From positions 1 through 38,506 of the forward strand of contig CAKSNI010000001.1 of assembly GCA_934476025.1 (NCBI GenBank): a stretch of 38,506 nucleotides of DNA, read 5' to 3'. Position numbers and translations under genes: made by a program. The notes under the pieces are model-generated. The model saw only the letters and a list, made by a program, of their open reading frames with translations. It ran no database searches and was not told the origin of the DNA. Origin of the DNA: an uncultured Eubacteriales bacterium. GTDB taxonomy: Bacteria; Bacillota; Clostridia; Oscillospirales; Acutalibacteraceae. Shown piece after piece: positions 1 through 8,235 of this stretch; position 1 is the first letter of the stretch, and every line of letters begins with the position of its first letter.

Positions 1-363
1 AACGAAATCCGGGTGGGTGACAATGACACCCTTTCGGCCCTTTCGGCCGTTGCTTCCCGGGCGGATCTGCTGGTGCTGCTGTCGGATATTGACGGTCTTT
101 TTGATCAGGATCCACACCAAAATCCCGATGCCCAGCTGATCTCCCGGGTGGAAAAGCTGGACGACTCCGTTTTTGCTCTGGCCGGGGCGGCCGGAACGCA
201 GCTCGGAACCGGCGGAATGGTCACCAAACTGCACGCCGCCGCCATTTGCATGAACGCCGGCATCGATATGGTGATTACCAACGGGAGCCGCCCGGAAGAT
301 CTGTATGATATTTTTGCCGGAAAATCGGTGGGTACCTATTTTTGTGCGGGAGGAAAGTTATGA
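1..363 (+). CDS. proB: glutamate 5-kinase, C-terminal portion (5' end lies outside the window)
   Basis: The frame is open from nt 1 (NEIRVGDNDTLSALSA...GTGGMVTKL...ITNG), which are typical ProB/amino-acid-kinase motifs. The protein ends GGKL* without a PUA domain. Its stop overlaps the next start (ATGA at 360-363). Confidence 0.9.
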   Translation, partial: NEIRVGDNDTLSALSAVASRADLLVLLSDIDGLFDQDPHQNPDAQLISRVEKLDDSVFALAGAAGTQLGTGGMVTKLHAAAICMNAGIDMVITNGSRPEDLYDIFAGKSVGTYFCAGGKL

Positions 364-1616
364 CAACCAAAGAAGTTTTGCTTCGTGCCAAAGCGGCCTG
401 TGAAAAGGCCTATTTGCTGAGCAGTGACGATAAAAACCGGGCTTTGTCCCTGTTGGCTGATTCGCTGCTGAACCGGCAGGCGGAAATTCTCGCCGCCAAC
501 GAGCAGGATTTGGCGGCGGCCGAGAAAACCGTTTCCCCCGTAATGCTCGACCGTCTGCGGCTGAACGAAGAAAGAATCGCCGCCATGGCCGACGGCATCC
601 GTCAGGTGATTGCCCTGCCGGACCCCTGCGGCCGGGTTCTTTCCCGGGTTTCCCGGGAGAACGGGCTGGTAATTGAAAAGCTCTCTGTGCCCATCGGGGT
701 GGTTGCCATGATTTACGAAAGCCGCCCCAATGTAACGGCCGACGCGGCGGCCCTGCTGCTGAAAAGCGGCAATGTCTGTGTATTGCGCGGCGGAAAAGAG
801 GCATCAAGAACCGGGCTGGCCATGGTATCGGCCATGAAATCCGCCCTGCTTCAGAATGGGTTTGATCCGGATCTGATCGGCTGGATTGAAGATTCCTCCC
901 GCGCGAGTGCCGCCGAATTGATGACTGCCCGGGATACGGTGGATCTGCTGATCCCCCGGGGCGGCAAAGGATTGATTGATGCCTGTGTGCAAAACGCCAC
1001 CGTTCCCTGTATTCAAACCGGAACCGGCATCTGTCATGTGTATGTAGACCGGCTTGCCGATCTTTCAAAAGCCGTTCGGATCATTGAAAACGCCAAAATG
1101 AGCCGGCCGAGCGTGTGCAACGCCGAAGAAGTCTGCTTAGTGCATCAGGATGTGGCCGAATCGTTTCTGCCGATGCTCTACCACCGGTTGGTGGAGGAAC
1201 GCAAAGCCCAGGGAAAACCGGTTTGCGAACTGCGCCTTTGTGAAAAGGCCGCCCGGATCATTCCGGGAAAGGCCGCCGGCGAAGCGGATTTTGATACCGA
1301 ATTTCTCGATTACATTCTGGCGGTTCGGGTGGTGGAAAACCTGGAGGAAGCCATTCGGCACATTGCCCGGCATTCCACCCATCACAGCGATGCCATTCTC
1401 ACCGAAGATACCCGGGCGGCCCGGCGGTTTTGCGCGGCGGTGGACAGCGCGGCGGTTTATGTCAACGCTTCCACCCGGTTTACTGACGGCGGCGAATTCG
1501 GTTTCGGCTGCGAAATCGGCATTTCCACCCAAAAGCTCCACGCCCGTGGGCCGATGGGGCTGAATGAACTGACCACTTATAAATACCTCGTCCGCGGAAA
1601 CGGGCAAATTCGCTGA
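360..1616 (+). CDS. proA: gamma-glutamyl phosphate reductase
   Basis: Full-length ALDH-fold protein with ProA-like blocks (IYESRPNVT, SVCNAEE catalytic-Cys region, HSDAI, NASTRFTDGGEFG). ATG at 360 is preferred over the ORF-track start at 342 because of the ATGA overlap with proB. Confidence 0.95.
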   Translation: MTTKEVLLRAKAACEKAYLLSSDDKNRALSLLADSLLNRQAEILAANEQDLAAAEKTVSPVMLDRLRLNEERIAAMADGIRQVIALPDPCGRVLSRVSRENGLVIEKLSVPIGVVAMIYESRPNVTADAAALLLKSGNVCVLRGGKEASRTGLAMVSAMKSALLQNGFDPDLIGWIEDSSRASAAELMTARDTVDLLIPRGGKGLIDACVQNATVPCIQTGTGICHVYVDRLADLSKAVRIIENAKMSRPSVCNAEEVCLVHQDVAESFLPMLYHRLVEERKAQGKPVCELRLCEKAARIIPGKAAGEADFDTEFLDYILAVRVVENLEEAIRHIARHSTHHSDAILTEDTRAARRFCAAVDSAAVYVNASTRFTDGGEFGFGCEIGISTQKLHARGPMGLNELTTYKYLVRGNGQIR

Positions 1617-1635
1617 AAAAGGAGTGCCTTATTCT

Positions 1636-2436
1636 ATGGGAATTCAATACGGTTTTATCGGCTGCGGAAACATGGGCTCCGCCTTAATCCGGGCGGCGGC
1701 TCAGGGGGTTTCCAAAGAAGCCATCGGGGTGTATGATGTTCACGAAGCCAAGGCGCAGGTTCTTCGGGAATCCTGCGGCGTTTCGGTGTGTTCGCCCGAA
1801 CAGCTCTGCCGGGAAGCGGAAATTCTGTTCCTCGGGGTGAAACCGCAGGGGTTTGCCGAGTTGTTTGAAACCCTGCGTCCTCTGATCGCAGCCCGGAAGG
1901 ATCTGACCCTGTGCAGCATGGCCGCCGGGGTTTCCATTCAGGCGGTTCGGGATTTTGCCGGGCAGGATTTCCCCGTCATCCGCATCATGCCGAATCTGCC
2001 GGTCGCCTGCAAAGAAGGAATGATTCTTTGCTGTTATGACCGGGTCAGCTCCCCGGTTCGCAAGGCCTTTGCGGTCTTGATGGAAAAAGCCGGACGAATG
2101 GATGAAATCGACGAATCGAAAATCGATGCCGCCGCCGCGCTGAGCGGATGCGGCCCGGCCTATGTTTGCCTGCTGATTGAATCGCTGGCCGACGGGGCGG
2201 TTGCCTGCGGCATTTCCCGCAGCCAGGCCACCCTGTATGCCATCCAGACCGTTCTCGGAACGGCGGAATTCCTTCGGCAGACCGAATCCTCCCCCGCCGC
2301 CCTCAAGGATGCCGTGTGCAGCCCGGGCGGAACCACCATTGCCGGGGTTCTGGCGCTGGAGGAAAACCGCTTCCGTTCTGCCGGGGCGCAGGCGGTGATT
2401 CAGGCCTATCGACGCACGCTGGAGATGAAAAAGTAA
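1636..2436 (+). CDS. proC: pyrroline-5-carboxylate reductase
   Basis: N-terminal GFIGCGNMG dinucleotide fold and a C-terminal P5CR dimerisation block (SPGGTT). ATG 1636 lies 11 nt after AAGGAG (1619-1624). The GTG at 1624 is the alternative start. Confidence 0.9.
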   Translation: MGIQYGFIGCGNMGSALIRAAAQGVSKEAIGVYDVHEAKAQVLRESCGVSVCSPEQLCREAEILFLGVKPQGFAELFETLRPLIAARKDLTLCSMAAGVSIQAVRDFAGQDFPVIRIMPNLPVACKEGMILCCYDRVSSPVRKAFAVLMEKAGRMDEIDESKIDAAAALSGCGPAYVCLLIESLADGAVACGISRSQATLYAIQTVLGTAEFLRQTESSPAALKDAVCSPGGTTIAGVLALEENRFRSAGAQAVIQAYRRTLEMKK

Positions 2437-3383
2437 TGGAAATTCTGCGATTTTTTGAACAGTTCCGCTGCCCGGCGCTGGATGCCGTTTTTTCGGTTCT
2501 TACCTGTTTCGGTGAAGAAACGGTCTTTATGATTCTGGCTCTGGCGGTTTTCCTCTGCCGGGATAAATACGACGGGTATTATCTTCTGCTGACCGGCTTT
2601 TTCGGAACCCTGGCCAGCCAGTTTCTCAAAATGCTCTGCCGGATTCCCCGTCCGTGGGTAAGAGACCCTTCTTTTTCGGCGGTGGAATCGGCCAAAGCCG
2701 GGGCCGGGGGATATTCCTTCCCCAGCGGACACAGCCAAACGGCCGTCGGGCTGTTCGGCGGCGCGGCCTTGCTTTCCGAAAAGCGCCCGGTTCGCATTCT
2801 GCTGATTGCCCTTTGCCTGCTGGTTCCGATCTCCCGGATGTATCTCGGGGTGCATACCCCCTGGGATGTTTTGGTCGGGGCTTTGCTCGGGCTGCTTCCG
2901 GCGCTGGCTCTGCGGCCGGTTTTTCAAAAGGCCCGTACCCATTCCGGGGTTTTGGCCGCCGTTATGATCGGTGCCACCGCGCTGTGTGTGCTGTATTTGG
3001 TTTTTGTGACCTGTTTTCCGTGGAAGGAAGAGGTGCTCTCCCCGGAAAATATCGACAATCTTCTGCACGCCAAAAAGAACGGCTTTACCCTGACCGGATG
3101 TATTTTCGGGTTGGATCTTACCTGTTTTCTCGATGAAAAATTCCTGCATTTTGAAACCAAAACCACCCCGGGAATGGCCATATTAAAATTGCTTGGCGGC
3201 CTTTTGCTGCTGGTGGTATGCAAAGTCGGGCTGAGCGAACCGATGCTGCTCCTTTTCAAAGGAGAATATGCCGCCCGCTGTGTCCGGTATTTTCTGACGG
3301 TTTTCTGCGTCACCCTTGTGTGGCCCCTCTTTTTCCGGGAATGCATTCAGAAACCGCTCACCCGAAAGAAGGAAACCGCATGA
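2436..3383 (+). CDS. PAP2-family integral membrane phosphatase (lipid-phosphate/undecaprenyl-PP phosphatase-like)
   Basis: Three PAP2 signature motifs (KMLCRIPRP, PSGHS, SRMYLGVHTPWD) plus several hydrophobic helices. ATG 2436 overlaps the proC stop (TAATG). Confidence 0.8.
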   Translation: MEILRFFEQFRCPALDAVFSVLTCFGEETVFMILALAVFLCRDKYDGYYLLLTGFFGTLASQFLKMLCRIPRPWVRDPSFSAVESAKAGAGGYSFPSGHSQTAVGLFGGAALLSEKRPVRILLIALCLLVPISRMYLGVHTPWDVLVGALLGLLPALALRPVFQKARTHSGVLAAVMIGATALCVLYLVFVTCFPWKEEVLSPENIDNLLHAKKNGFTLTGCIFGLDLTCFLDEKFLHFETKTTPGMAILKLLGGLLLLVVCKVGLSEPMLLLFKGEYAARCVRYFLTVFCVTLVWPLFFRECIQKPLTRKKETA

Positions 3384-4342
3384 AAAACATCTGTGTAATC
3401 GGCTGCGGCCGCTGGGGTTCTCTGATTGCCTGGTATCTGGACCGGCTTCACCACCGTGTCACCCTGTACGGGCGGCCCGGTTCGGCCCATATGCAGCAGT
3501 TTCTCACTACCCGTTCCAACGGGCTGCTGACCCTGCCGGAAAGCGTCGTCCTTTCTACCGATATCCAATCGGCCAAAGAAGCGGAAATTCTGGTTATTTC
3601 GGTCAATTCTCAGGGGCTTCGGGCCCTGATGCGACAGCTGGCCGATCTGCCGCTGCAAAACCCGACGGTGGTTCTTTGCATGAAGGGGTTAGAAATCGAC
3701 ACCGGCAAACGGCTTTCCGAAATTGCCGAAGAATATCTTCCCACCGCGAAAATCGCCGTATGGCTCGGTCCGGGCCATGTGCAGGAATTCACCCGGGGCA
3801 TTCCGAACTGTATGGTGATTGACAGCCGGGATCCCGACACCAAACGGGAACTGGTGGAACAGTTCAAGGGGCCGCTCATCCGGTTCTATCTCGGAGAGGA
3901 TCTGATCGGCAACGAAATCGGCGCGGCCGCCAAAAATGTCATCGGTATTGCGGCCGGAATGCTGGACGGGCTGAATCTTTCCACCCTGAAGGGGGCGCTC
4001 ATGGCCCGCGGCACCCGGGAGATTGCCCGGCTGATTGCCAAAATGGGCGGCAACGAACTTTCGGCCTACGGACTTTGCCATCTCGGCGATTACGAAGCCA
4101 CCGTTTTTTCCAAATACAGCCACAACCGGCAGTTCGGCGAAAATTTTGTGAAGGGCGAACCCTATCGGGATCTGGCCGAGGGGTATTATACCGTCCGGGC
4201 CATTCTGCAACTGGCCGACCGTCACGGGGTGGAACTCCCCATTTGTTCCACGGTCTATGAAATCCTGTATCATCACAAGGATACCCGCAAAGCCTTTGAC
4301 GATCTGTTCGCCCGTTCGATTAAATCGGAATTTCTTCCGTAA
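3380..4342 (+). CDS. gpsA: NAD(P)H-dependent glycerol-3-phosphate dehydrogenase
   Basis: MKNICVIGCGRWGS Rossmann start, and GpsA-like blocks WLGPGHVQE and AAKNVIGIAAGMLDG. ATG 3380 overlaps the PAP2 stop (ATGA). Confidence 0.9.
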   Translation: MKNICVIGCGRWGSLIAWYLDRLHHRVTLYGRPGSAHMQQFLTTRSNGLLTLPESVVLSTDIQSAKEAEILVISVNSQGLRALMRQLADLPLQNPTVVLCMKGLEIDTGKRLSEIAEEYLPTAKIAVWLGPGHVQEFTRGIPNCMVIDSRDPDTKRELVEQFKGPLIRFYLGEDLIGNEIGAAAKNVIGIAAGMLDGLNLSTLKGALMARGTREIARLIAKMGGNELSAYGLCHLGDYEATVFSKYSHNRQFGENFVKGEPYRDLAEGYYTVRAILQLADRHGVELPICSTVYEILYHHKDTRKAFDDLFARSIKSEFLP

Positions 4343-4345
4343 CGA

Positions 4346-4374
4346 TTGACAAATCCGGCCGGGTGTGCTACAAT
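4346..4374 (+). promoter_or_regulatory. consensus sigma-A type promoter P1 (TTGACA-17 nt-TACAAT)
   Basis: TTGACA at 4346-4351, an exact 17-nt spacer, and TACAAT at 4369-4374. It sits directly after the gpsA stop. Confidence 0.55.
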
Positions 4375-4397
4375 ATTTTCTCGTGAGCAACGGCGTT

Positions 4398-4438
4398 CAT
4401 AAAGGCGGGGTACCGTCTTTATGGGCGTCTTAATTTTT
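4398..4438 (+). other. stem-loop (10-11 bp, GGUA loop) followed 11 nt later by a U5 run; possible attenuator or end of a short P1 transcript
   Basis: cATAAAGGCGG-ggta-CCGTCTTTATg spans 4398-4423 and TTTTT spans 4434-4438. The U-run is not adjacent to the stem, so this is not a canonical terminator. Confidence 0.3.
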
Positions 4439-4483
4439 GGGTTTCCGGCAAATTTTTCGTGGCATTTTTGTGCAGAAAAGCGG

Positions 4484-4512
4484 TGGAATTTTTTTAAAAA
4501 ATATGCTATAAT
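4484..4512 (+). promoter_or_regulatory. extended -10 promoter P2 (TGcTATAAT) with an A/T-rich upstream tract
   Basis: TGC TATAAT at 4504-4512, a weak -35 TGGAAT at 4484-4489, and an A/T run at 4488-4503. It lies about 75 nt upstream of the GS-like start. Confidence 0.45.
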
Positions 4513-4586
4513 CGTAGCCGAACCATCCGGAAAACGGGACCGCTTTCCGAAGGAGAAAACCGACCCAACCCAAACGGGAAAGAGAG

Positions 4587-5696
4587 ATGCGTATGCAGTT
4601 TTCAAAAGAAGAAGTCGCCCAATACATTGCGGAGGAAGATGTCAAGTTTATCCGGCTTGCCTTCTGCGATCTCTACGGCAACCAAAAGAACCTTTCGGTT
4701 ATGCCCTATGGGATTCCCTCCATTCTGGAACGGGGAATCACCACCGACAGTGGCCAGCTTCCCGGCTTTGTGCCGAACAGCCCGATGGTGCTGCTGCCGG
4801 ATCCCGCCACGCTGACGGTTTTGCCCTGGCGGCCGGAGCACGGCCGGGTGGTGCGGATGTTCTGCTCGCTTGCGAATGAGTCGGGAGAAATCCTGCCGGC
4901 CGATCTTCGCAGCCGCTTAAAGCAAACCGCCGAAAAGGCGGCGCAGGCCGGGTATACCTTTACCTTTGCCGTTCGCAGCAAGTTTTATCTTTACAAAACC
5001 GATGAAACCGGCGAAGCCACCCACGAACCGTACGACCGGGCCGGCTATATGGATATTGCCCCGCTGGATAAGGGGGAAAATGTGCGCCGGGAAATCTGTT
5101 TAACGCTGGAGCAAATGGGCATTCAGCCGGAAGGTTCCCATCACGAAAGCGAACCGGGGCAAAACGAAATCGATTTTGCCCCGGCCGATCCCCTCAAAGC
5201 GGCCGATGATGCCGTGACCTTCTGCTCGGTGGTCCACACCCTGGCCGCCCGCAACGGGCTGGCCGCGGATTTTTCCGGTGATTTCGGGGGCAACGCGGCC
5301 GACAACCGCGCCCAGGTGCGTTTTCGGGTAACGGATGCCGCCGGGAAAGACCGCACCGAAGAAATTTTTGCCCGGGTAGCCGGTTTTCTGCCTGAAATGG
5401 CGGTCTTTTTCTCGGCCGGGGAAAAATCCTTCCGCCGTTTGTTCTCCGAAAGCGCCGCGGCCCCGTCGGGGTTTTGTTCCAATGTCAAAGGGGAACTCAC
5501 CGCCCGGGTAAACTGCGATCCGCGCTGCAATCCCTATCTGCTGATTTTGCTGATTCTTCAGGCGGCACTCCGGCCGGAAGGCCAAAAAGCAGCCGATTTT
5601 CCGAAGGACTACGATGAAGCCTGCCGCCTTTCCGATTCCGGCCGGCTGGTTTCCGAGGTACTGGGGAATCTTTCCGGGCTGCTCGAAAGCCGGTAG
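4587..5696 (+). CDS. glutamine synthetase-like protein, shortened and with substituted active-site ligands (probably non-catalytic)
   Basis: It has a GS beta-grasp start (EEDVKFIRLAFCDLYG) and SHHESEPGQNEIDF. However, GPEPEFF is replaced by AVRSKFY, GSGMH by ADNRA, and the E-x-R near NPYL is lost. It is 369 aa against about 444 aa for type I GS. Confidence 0.8.
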   Translation: MRMQFSKEEVAQYIAEEDVKFIRLAFCDLYGNQKNLSVMPYGIPSILERGITTDSGQLPGFVPNSPMVLLPDPATLTVLPWRPEHGRVVRMFCSLANESGEILPADLRSRLKQTAEKAAQAGYTFTFAVRSKFYLYKTDETGEATHEPYDRAGYMDIAPLDKGENVRREICLTLEQMGIQPEGSHHESEPGQNEIDFAPADPLKAADDAVTFCSVVHTLAARNGLAADFSGDFGGNAADNRAQVRFRVTDAAGKDRTEEIFARVAGFLPEMAVFFSAGEKSFRRLFSESAAAPSGFCSNVKGELTARVNCDPRCNPYLLILLILQAALRPEGQKAADFPKDYDEACRLSDSGRLVSEVLGNLSGLLESR

Positions 5697-5729
5697 GCCG
5701 GCTCCAAGAAAAAGAAAAGGGGGAAATCC

Positions 5730-6317
5730 ATGGATTTAATGGATCAGAGCAAGAGCCTTTTGCTGGTTTCTTCTTCGGAAAAGTTCAATGCCTCGGTTTC
5801 GCCCCTGTTTCGCCAGACCGCCTTTTCTCCGGTTGTTACCGCCGGCGATGTGGGAAGCGCCCGGCGGATTCTGTGTGAAAAAAGTTTTGATGCCGTGGTG
5901 ATCAACTCGCCGCTTCCCGATGAATTCGGCACGCGGCTGGCCATGGATCTGTGTTCCTCTTCCTGCGGCATTCTGCTGCTTTTAAAGGCGGAACATTTTC
6001 CGGAGGTTTGCCAGAAAACCTCTCCTCTTGGAATTTTAACGGTTTCAAAGCCCACCTCCTCGGCCCTGCTGGTTCAGGCACTGTGGCTGTTGCGCGCCAC
6101 CCGGGAGCGTCTTTTGAAAATGGAACGGAAAACCGCCACCATGGAAGAAAAGATGGCCGAAATCCGCACCGTAAACCGGGCAAAATGGGTTCTCATCGAT
6201 CAAATGAAAATGACCGAACAGGAAGCCCATCGATATATTGAAAAGCAGGCGATGGATCGCTGCGTCACCAAACAGACCGTGGCGGAACAGATCCTTCTGA
6301 CTTACCGAGAATCGTAA
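5730..6317 (+). CDS. ANTAR-domain RNA-binding antiterminator with a degenerate (pseudo) receiver domain
   Basis: C-terminal ANTAR block: RAKWVLIDQMKMTEQEAHRYIEKQAMDRCVTKQTVAEQIL. The N-terminal CheY-like fold has SS in place of the acidic pair and Asn (VVINSPLPD) at the phospho-acceptor position. Confidence 0.85.
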   Translation: MDLMDQSKSLLLVSSSEKFNASVSPLFRQTAFSPVVTAGDVGSARRILCEKSFDAVVINSPLPDEFGTRLAMDLCSSSCGILLLLKAEHFPEVCQKTSPLGILTVSKPTSSALLVQALWLLRATRERLLKMERKTATMEEKMAEIRTVNRAKWVLIDQMKMTEQEAHRYIEKQAMDRCVTKQTVAEQILLTYRES

Positions 6318-6329
6318 AGGAGAATCAGG

Positions 6330-7924
6330 ATGACAAAGTATATTTTTGTAACAGGCGGCGTGGTTTCCGGTCTGGGAAAAGGCATTACGGCTGCCTCGCT
6401 CGGCCGGCTGCTCAAGTCGCGCGGGCTGAAGGTGGCTGCGCAGAAGCTCGACCCGTATATCAATGTGGACCCGGGCACCATGAGTCCCTATCAGCACGGG
6501 GAAGTGTATGTCACCGACGACGGGGCCGAAACCGATCTGGACCTCGGGCATTACGAACGGTTTATTGACGAAAATCTGAATAAATATTCCAACCTGACCA
6601 CCGGAAAGGTATATTGGAATGTATTGAACAAAGAGCGCCGCGGCGAATATCTCGGCCGCATATCACCAACGAAATCAAGGATTTCGTTTATCGGGTAGGC
6701 AAACAGACCGATGCCGATGTGGTGATCACCGAAATCGGCGGTACCATCGGGGATATTGAATCCCAACCGTTTTTGGAGGCGGTCCGTCAGATTTCTCTGG
6801 AAGTCGGCCGGGAAAACAGCCTGTTCATCCATGTAACCCTGGTTCCTTTTTTAAGCGGTTCCGACGAACACAAGTCCAAACCCACCCAGCACTCCGTGAA
6901 GGAACTGCGCGGCATGGGCATCAACCCCAACATCATCGTTCTGCGGTGTGATGAACCGCTGGAAGAATCCATTTTCAAAAAGATTTCCCTGTTTTGTAAT
7001 GTCAAACCCGATTGCGTGATCGAAAATATCACTCTGCCCTGCCTGTACGAAGCGCCGCTGATGCTGGAAAAATCCCATTTTTCCGAAATCGTCTGCCGGG
7101 AACTGGGTATCGGAGGGGTTCAGCCGGATCTCACCGAATGGACCGAAATGGTCGAACGCATCAAATCCCGTGAAAAGGAAGTTCATATCGGCCTGGTGGG
7201 AAAATATGTCCAGCTGCATGACGCCTACCTGTCGGTGGCCGAAGCCATGCGGCACGCCGGGTACACCCTGAACACCCATATCCGGATTCACTGGATTGAT
7301 TCCGAACCCCTGAACGAAGCCAATTACCAGAAATTGCTCGCCGGGCTGGACGGCATCATTGTGCCAGGCGGTTTCGGCAGCCGCGGAATCGAAGGCATGA
7401 TTCTGGCGGCCCGCTATGCCCGGGAAAACGATATTCCCTACTTCGGCATCTGCCTGGGTATGCAGATCATGGTCATTGAATACGCCCGGAATGTGGCCGG
7501 AATCCGGGGCGCCCACTCGGGAGAATTCGACGAACTGTGCAAAGACAAGGTCATCGATTTCATGCCGGGGCAAAGCGACGATATCGACAAGGGCGGCACC
7601 CTGCGTCTGGGCGCCTATCCCTGCGAAATCAAACCGGGTACGGTAATGGAGCGCTGCTATCAGGCCTCCGAAATTTCCGAACGGCATCGGCATCGGTATG
7701 AATTCAACAACGAATACCGCCAGGTGCTCACCGACGCCGGGCTGACCCTTTCGGGCCTTTCCCCCGACGGCCGGCTGGTGGAAACCGTGGAACTTTCCGA
7801 CCGGGATTTCCATGTCGGGGTTCAGTTCCATCCGGAATTCAAGTCCCGTCCCAATAAAGCGCATCCCCTGTTTCGTGGCTTTATCGCCGCCGCTTTGAAA
7901 AAAGCCTCTTTAAAAAATGATTGA
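6330..7924 (+). pseudogene. pyrG: CTP synthase interrupted by a frameshift (ORF-track pieces 6330-6698 and 6614-7924)
   Basis: [18 protein letters not shown]...ERRGEYLG runs in frame 0, then PHITNEIK...GICLGMQ...HRHRYE runs in the -1 frame. The conserved xTVQVI segment between YLG and PHIT is absent. The Gly codon 6654-6656 and Pro codon 6656-6658 share one base. Confidence 0.9.
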
Positions 7925-7931
7925 TCTTCCG

Positions 7932-7963
7932 GCCGCCGGGAATTTTCCCGGCGGCTTTCTTTT
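7932..7963 (+). terminator. rho-independent terminator downstream of pyrG
   Basis: GCCGCCGGG-aatttt-CCCGGCGGC followed by TTTCTTTT. Confidence 0.8.
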
Positions 7964-8100
7964 AAACCGGCAAACCCTGCCCCGGGAAAAGATCCGGTGT
8001 TTTTTGACTGCCGGCAACCCGAACCTCCCCGCCCGGCGCCCCCTTGCGCACCGCCGCGCAAAAGCCAAACGAAACGGTGGATAAACCGTCCGGAAACACA

Positions 8101-8122
8101 AAAAAAGCGGCGTTACCGCCGC
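8101..8122 (-). terminator. rho-independent terminator (minus strand) downstream of the SGNH gene
   Basis: The minus strand reads GCGGCG-GTAA-CGCCGC-TTTTTT. Confidence 0.6.
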
Positions 8123-8156
8123 GACACAACCTGATGTATCGTTTGTCTGCAGACTG

Positions 8157-8187
8157 AAGCTCCCTCTGTTTACAGAGGGAGCTTTTT
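8157..8187 (+). terminator. 12-bp hairpin AAGCTCCCTCTG/CAGAGGGAGCTT followed by a T run; member of the GAGGGAGC hairpin family
   Basis: Perfect 12-bp stem, TTTA loop and TTTTT tail on the plus strand. It lies in the convergent intergenic region. Confidence 0.5.
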
Positions 8188-8235
8188 ACGGTTGATTGTT
8201 TTTCCCGGGCCTCGGCCGGCCCGTGCGTTTTTAAA

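Noticed and set aside
358-1068. 236-aa minus-strand ORF antisense to proA, plus other short overlapping ORFs across the pro operon
   Set aside because: It is Arg/Pro/Gly-rich antisense noise, and the sense strand is fully explained by proA.
4375-4586. ANTAR dual-hairpin (hexaloop A-x-x-G) target or GlnR/TnrA box (TGTNA-N7-TNACA) in the GS-like leader
   Set aside because: I could not fit either pattern. The only good hairpin has a 4-nt loop, and no TGTNA/TNACA pair is present.
4421-4879. 152-aa ORF starting in the GS-like leader
   Set aside because: It starts inside the leader hairpin, spans promoter P2 and overlaps the GS-like gene out of frame. It shows no motif support.
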